31,071 nt of DNA from contig CAYYLI010000001.1 of assembly GCA_964472595.1 (NCBI GenBank), positions 1 to 31,071 of the forward strand. The letters are read 5' to 3'. The notes below the pieces were generated by a model. It was not told the origin of the DNA. It ran no database searches and worked only from the letters and a program-made list of their open reading frames with translations. Source of the stretch: an uncultured Gammaproteobacteria bacterium (GTDB taxonomy: Bacteria; Patescibacteriota; Patescibacteriia; Patescibacteriales; UBA12465). Positions 26,916 to 31,071 of the stretch are shown piece by piece. A program made the translations under genes and the position numbers. The first letter of the stretch is position 1. Every line of letters starts with the position of its first letter.

Positions 26916-27836
26916 TTATTTATTCTTTTGCAACCCAGTAAAAATATCTTGAGCGGCTACTGCTCCTTCACTACAGGCTGTAATAACCTGACGAACAGAA
27001 TTAGAATTAGTAGTAATATCACCCGCTGCCCACACGCCCAAAACATTAGTTTTTTGAGCTATATCAACCTTAATGTATCCTCTTTCAGTTTCCAGACCTA
27101 ATTGGGCTGACAATGATAATTCAGGTTGAGTACCAATTTCAACAAATAAACCATCTAGGATTAACTCTTCAATTTCAGCATTACTATTCTTTAAATCAAT
27201 ACCCTCTAATTTATTATCCCCTTTTAATTTAATAACTTCGGTTTGGTATTTAACTTCAATCTTTGGATTCTTTTCTATTTGTTCAGCCCAAACCATTTCA
27301 CCATTTAGTTCATCTCCCTTAACTAGCAAATAAACTTTTTGTGCAACTTCTGCCAAATACAGAGCAGCAGTCATAGCACTGTTTCCACCGCCAACTACAG
27401 CTACTATTTTATCTCTAAAAAACATAGCATCACAGGTAGCACAATAAGCTAAACCTTTACCTAAATATTTATCTTCTTCCACTAAGCCTAACTTTCGATG
27501 TTTAGTTCCAGTAGCTAATAAAATATTTTTGGCTAAAAAGTTTTGTCCGGATTCAGTTTTTAAAGAAAATTCTTCGCCTTCTTTTTTAATTTCTACAATT
27601 TTTTCCATTTCTTTAATTTCCATTCCCAATTCCTTAGCGTGACCTTGCATCTTTTGCATTAGATCAAAGCCATTAATTTTATTCTCCCCGGGAAAATTAC
27701 AAACACTATGAGCTTCAGTAATAAGGCCACCAGGAACTTCACCAATAACTAAATGTTTAATTTTAAAACGAGAGGCATAAATTGAAGCCGTAATACCAGC
27801 TGGACCAGCTCCAATAATAATTAAATCATAAATCAT
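26916..27836 (-). CDS. trxB: Thioredoxin reductase-like flavoprotein (start revised to MIYDL at 27836)
   Basis: IIGAGPAG FAD motif, CATCD redox motif, GGGNSA, GVWAAGD; revised start removes overlap with gdhA. Confidence 0.92.
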   Translation of the reverse strand: MIYDLIIIGAGPAGITASIYASRFKIKHLVIGEVPGGLITEAHSVCNFPGENKINGFDLMQKMQGHAKELGMEIKEMEKIVEIKKEGEEFSLKTESGQNFLAKNILLATGTKHRKLGLVEEDKYLGKGLAYCATCDAMFFRDKIVAVVGGGNSAMTAALYLAEVAQKVYLLVKGDELNGEMVWAEQIEKNPKIEVKYQTEVIKLKGDNKLEGIDLKNSNAEIEELILDGLFVEIGTQPELSLSAQLGLETERGYIKVDIAQKTNVLGVWAAGDITTNSNSVRQVITACSEGAVAAQDIFTGLQKNK

Positions 27837-27846
27837 AAAAATATTA

Positions 27847-29073
27847 TTATAAATTACCGCGAAGTTTTTCCGCTTTAACAATTCTATTTAAAGCTAGGAT
27901 ATAAGCAGAGCTACGCAAATCAACTTTTTTATCCAAACTTAAATATTGATTATAAACATTATTAAAAGCTCTAATCATTTTAGTATTAAGCAAATTTGCT
28001 AAATAGTTTTCATCTAAAATATTACCAGTTTTGTTTTGACTCCATTCAAAATAAGAAACTACTACTCCACCAGAATTAACTAAAATATCAGGCCAAACCA
28101 TAACCCCTTTTTCAAATAAAACTTTATCAGCATTGTAATCAACGGGACCGTTGGCAATTTCCACAATATGTTTAGCTTTAATATTGGCTACATTTTCTTC
28201 AGTAATTTGATTTTCTAAAGCGCTTAAAATTAAAATATCAACATCAAGTTCTAATAACTCTTTATTGGAAATAGTTTGGTTTTGAGAATAGGCTGAAACT
28301 ACGCCATATTGCTCTTTGAATTTTACCAATTCATCAATATTAATTCCAGTTGGATTGTGGACACCGCCCTGGCTATCATTGGTGGCAACAATTTTGAAGT
28401 TTTCGGCATAAAGCATCTTGGCAACATTTAAACCAGCATTACCAAAACCTTGGATAGCAATAGTTAAATTCTTTTTTTCTAAATTCAAGTGCTTAACAAT
28501 TTGCTCGATAACCAAGTAAGCCCCTTTAGCGGTTGAGTCACTGCGTAAAGCTATACCACCTAATTCCACTGGCTTACCAGTAATCATAGCCGGTTGATGT
28601 TCACCAATATTTTTTTCATATTGATCTAACATCCAAGACATAACTTGAGGGTTGGTATAAACATCTGGAGCGGGAACATCTTTGTTTTCCCCTAGAACTT
28701 TATAGAAAGAATCAATATAGGCACGACTAATCTTTTCTAAAAACTTTTCATCTTGTCCCTTGGGATTAAATTTAACCCCTCCTTTAGCTCCACCATAGGG
28801 TAGCTCTAATAAAGAGTTTTTCAAACTCATCCAAAACGATAATGACTTAACCTCATCCTCAGAAACTTCGGGATGAAATCTAATACCACCCTTTCCTGGA
28901 CCCAAAGCTCTATTGGAAACAATTCTCCAAGCCGGAAACTTTTTCCCATCAACTTCTAATTCATTATACGAGACCTGATTAGGCTCTAAGATTTTTTTTA
29001 ATTCTTCATCAGACAAATTTACCAATTCTTTTAAATCAGTGAAACGCTTAACAATGTTTTCAAAAACTGACAT
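27847..29073 (-). CDS. gdhA: Glutamate dehydrogenase (Glu/Leu/Phe/Val family)
   Basis: GPGKGGIRFHP, MSLK, GGAKGG, VPAPDV, TGKP, QGFGNAG, EIANGP, SYFEW. Confidence 0.93.
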   Translation of the reverse strand: MSVFENIVKRFTDLKELVNLSDEELKKILEPNQVSYNELEVDGKKFPAWRIVSNRALGPGKGGIRFHPEVSEDEVKSLSFWMSLKNSLLELPYGGAKGGVKFNPKGQDEKFLEKISRAYIDSFYKVLGENKDVPAPDVYTNPQVMSWMLDQYEKNIGEHQPAMITGKPVELGGIALRSDSTAKGAYLVIEQIVKHLNLEKKNLTIAIQGFGNAGLNVAKMLYAENFKIVATNDSQGGVHNPTGINIDELVKFKEQYGVVSAYSQNQTISNKELLELDVDILILSALENQITEENVANIKAKHIVEIANGPVDYNADKVLFEKGVMVWPDILVNSGGVVVSYFEWSQNKTGNILDENYLANLLNTKMIRAFNNVYNQYLSLDKKVDLRSSAYILALNRIVKAEKLRGNL

Positions 29074-29083
29074 AATTTTAAAA

Positions 29084-29416
29084 TTAATTTAAGTGAGCTA
29101 AAATATCATTTTTCAGTGAATCCTTGGAACGCATACCAACAAATTCAGCTATGATTTGTCCAGCCTTAAATAATTTTAAATTAGGAATACTTTGAATTTG
29201 ATATTGCAAAGCTAATTCTTGATTATTAGCATCAGCTGTATCTAATTTGGTAATTTTTACCTTACCAGCCAAATCAACAGCTAATTCATCTAAAATTGGG
29301 GCCATCATTTTACAAGGCATGCACCAAGGAGCCCAAAAATCTACCAAAACTGGTAAATCAGAATTAAGAACCTCAGTCGCAAAATTATCTTTGTTTAAAT
29401 CTAGAGCTTTGCTCAT
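29084..29416 (-). CDS. trxA: Thioredoxin with WCMPC active site
   Basis: VLVDFWAPWCMPCKMMAP...IQSIPNLKLFK.G. Confidence 0.95.
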   Translation of the reverse strand: MSKALDLNKDNFATEVLNSDLPVLVDFWAPWCMPCKMMAPILDELAVDLAGKVKITKLDTADANNQELALQYQIQSIPNLKLFKAGQIIAEFVGMRSKDSLKNDILAHLN

Positions 29417-29475
29417 ACTTTTATTATTCGCTCAAAAAAATATTTTTTTAAAACGAATTTAATTTTAATTATTAA

Positions 29476-29718
29476 TTATTTTTTTAAAACTTCCGAAAAA
29501 ATCTTTTTTATTTTTTCTTTATTACTCGGACATTCTTTCAAAAAACAAGTATTAAATTCTTCTTCCAAAACCTTGTCCATCAAGGATGAAATACTAGATT
29601 TAATAGCTTTTAATTGGACGACGGAATCAAAACAAGTATTGCCTTTTTGTTGCAACATTTTTTTTACTCCATCTAATTGCCCAATAATAATATTAATTCT
29701 TTGCTCAGTGCTACGCAT
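29476..29718 (-). CDS. CsoR/RcnR-family transcriptional repressor
   Basis: RINIIIGQLDGVKKM...TCFDSVVQLKAI...VLEEEFNTC, matching the CsoR helical pattern. Confidence 0.85.
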   Translation of the reverse strand: MRSTEQRINIIIGQLDGVKKMLQQKGNTCFDSVVQLKAIKSSISSLMDKVLEEEFNTCFLKECPSNKEKIKKIFSEVLKK

Positions 29719-29752
29719 ACTATTTTTATTAAATAATTTTCTTTGTTTTATT

Positions 29753-29782
29753 ATTATATCAAATACCCCCGTAGGGTGTCAA
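29753..29782 (-). promoter_or_regulatory. Promoter of csoR-like-trxA-gdhA-trxB containing a CsoR-type operator (29763-29779)
   Basis: TTGACA (29782-29777), 18 nt, extended TGA-TATAAT (29758-29753); overlapping ACACCCTACGGGGGTAT is the C-tract/G-tract pseudo-palindrome typical of CsoR operators. Confidence 0.85.
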
Positions 29783-29790
29783 GAGATATA

Positions 29791-29819
29791 TTGCTATTTA
29801 AAAAGAAATAGGCTAGAAT
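29791..29819 (+). promoter_or_regulatory. ychF promoter (back-to-back with the redox operon promoter)
   Basis: TTGCTA (29791-29796), 17 nt, TAGAAT (29814-29819). Confidence 0.6.
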
Positions 29820-29856
29820 TACAAAATAAAGCTAAATAATTAATTAATTTTAATAT

Positions 29857-30918
29857 ATGTCATTATCAATTGGAATCGTCGGTCTGCCTAATGTTGGGAA
29901 GTCAACCTTATTTAATGTTTTAACTAATAAGAAAGTAGAAGCGGCTAACTACCCTTTTTGTACTATTGATCCTAATGTCGGCGTAGTAAAGGTTCCTGAT
30001 TCTCGTTTAGATAAAATTGCAGAAATATCACAACCAGCCAAAATTATTCCGGCTTTTATTGAATTTACTGATATTGCTGGCTTAGTTAAGGGTGCGCACG
30101 AAGGCGAAGGTTTAGGCAACCAATTTTTATCCCATATTAGAGAATGTGATGCCATTTGTGAAGTTATTAGAGATTTTAAAGATGAAAATGTTATTCACGT
30201 TGAAGGCCAAGTTAATCCTAAAAGCGACCAAGAAACAATTAACATGGAATTAATTTTTGCTGACTTAAAAACAATAGAGAAAAGATTGGAAAAAGTTATA
30301 AAAGAGGCCAAAAGTAATTCCAAAGAAGCCATCAAACAAAAAGAAATTTTAGAAGAAATATTAAAATTATTGGAAAGCGGCAAAGCCGTTCGAGAGCTAA
30401 GTATTAAAGATGAAGACCAAGCTTTTGTTAAGAGCTTAAATCTTTTAACTATAAAACCAATTATTTATGCCCTAAATTCAGACGACACCGGAGCGCCAAT
30501 TGATTTCGATTGGGACGGTGAAGTTGTGCGAATTAATGTTAAAATGGAAGAAGAAATTTCTCAACTACCAGAAGAAGAACAAGCTGAATATATGCGGGAG
30601 CTAGGTATTGATAAAAGTGGCTTAGACAAATTAATTTATTCTTCATACAAATTAATGGGACTGGAAACATTTTTTACTACTGGAAAAGATGAGACTCGAG
30701 CTTGGACTATTAAAAAAGGTAGTAAGGCCCCACAAGCTGCCGGAGAAATTCACACTGATTTTGAAAAAGGTTTTATTAGAGCCGAGGTTATTAACTGGGA
30801 AAAGTTTATAGAAGCTGGCTCAGAAGTTAAAGCTAAAGAGTTGGGATGGCTAAGAACTGAAGGCAAAGAATATGTAGTATCCGATGGTGATATCTGCAAT
30901 TTTTTAATTGGAAAATAA
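29857..30918 (+). CDS. ychF: Redox-regulated ATPase YchF (Obg family)
   Basis: GIVGLPNVGKST, ANYPFCTIDPN, DIAGLVKGA..GEGLGNQFL, FFTTGKDETRAWT, IHTDFEKGFIRAEV. Confidence 0.98.
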   Translation: MSLSIGIVGLPNVGKSTLFNVLTNKKVEAANYPFCTIDPNVGVVKVPDSRLDKIAEISQPAKIIPAFIEFTDIAGLVKGAHEGEGLGNQFLSHIRECDAICEVIRDFKDENVIHVEGQVNPKSDQETINMELIFADLKTIEKRLEKVIKEAKSNSKEAIKQKEILEEILKLLESGKAVRELSIKDEDQAFVKSLNLLTIKPIIYALNSDDTGAPIDFDWDGEVVRINVKMEEEISQLPEEEQAEYMRELGIDKSGLDKLIYSSYKLMGLETFFTTGKDETRAWTIKKGSKAPQAAGEIHTDFEKGFIRAEVINWEKFIEAGSEVKAKELGWLRTEGKEYVVSDGDICNFLIGK

Positions 30919-30920
30919 TT

Positions 30921-30949
30921 TTGACATCAAACTAAAATAAAGTTATAAT
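30921..30949 (+). promoter_or_regulatory. Consensus sigma70 promoter for a gene beyond the window end
   Basis: TTGACA (30921-30926), 17 nt, TATAAT (30944-30949). Confidence 0.85.
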
Positions 30950-30955
30950 ATAAAT

Positions 30956-31071
30956 ATAATTATGTGTGCGCGCCGAATAAAACTTCTGCTATCTAGGAAG
31001 AAAATGGTGCCCACTGGTATTCCAGCCGCCTTGTTATGAACTAATAGAGAGGAGGATTCATTAATCTAGCC
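30956..31071 (+). promoter_or_regulatory. GC-enriched structured 5' leader, possibly rpsB(S2)-type
   Basis: Small hairpins CTTC/GAAG and CTGG-TATT-CCAG, ATGGTGC and GGAGG elements; downstream gene not visible. Confidence 0.35.

Noticed and set aside
27837-27881. 15-aa N-terminal extension of trxB in the ORF track
   Set aside because: Overlaps the gdhA 3' end; MIYDLIIIGAG at 27836 is the canonical start.
21720-30383. ORFs 21720-21974, 23532-23720, 25073-25408, 26471-26716, 29247-29462, 29573-29839, 29949-30155, 30195-30383; also 2288-2521
   Set aside because: Antisense or out-of-frame overlaps with confidently assigned genes.
30962-31039. 25-codon ORF MCARRIKLLLSRKKMVPTGIPAALL as a protein gene
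   Set aside because: No supporting features; better explained as part of a structured leader.
1-31071. CRISPR arrays, tandem repeats, IS elements, stop-codon reassignment
   Set aside because: No regularly spaced repeats or transposase motifs seen; all core genes read through intact in code 11.

Overview
Very AT-rich chromosomal window with the gene content of a small-genome Patescibacteria/CPR bacterium (inferred from the VirB2-like pilin, orphan family-5 solute-binding protein beside secG, and AT-rich, mostly Shine-Dalgarno-free starts; standard genetic code). It is almost entirely core genome: the 5' part of a 23S rRNA gene with no 16S upstream, a stand-alone ComEC-type MBL hydrolase, rpmF-nusB-rnc-pilT, rpsA, ftsH, DUF368, a long minus-strand run (tig-smpB-tmRNA-tRNA-Leu-tRNA-Gly-infC-rpmI-rplT-secG-SBP-rnj), nusA-hppA, pilin, flippase-RluA, three surface/periplasmic proteins, a CsoR-family-trxA-gdhA-trxB redox operon and ychF. 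I found no CRISPR array, integrase or transposase. The most striking signal is non-coding: the stand-alone 23S gene has a perfect TTGACA-17-TATAAT promoter followed by a 21-codon leader ORF whose stop codon overlaps one arm of an antiterminator that competes with an intrinsic terminator. This is the layout of a ribosome-sensing attenuator, here controlling an rRNA gene. Second is a CsoR-type operator-controlled redox operon with non-canonical sensor, thioredoxin and reductase motifs plus glutamate dehydrogenase. All structures were paired by eye; no folding or database searches were run.
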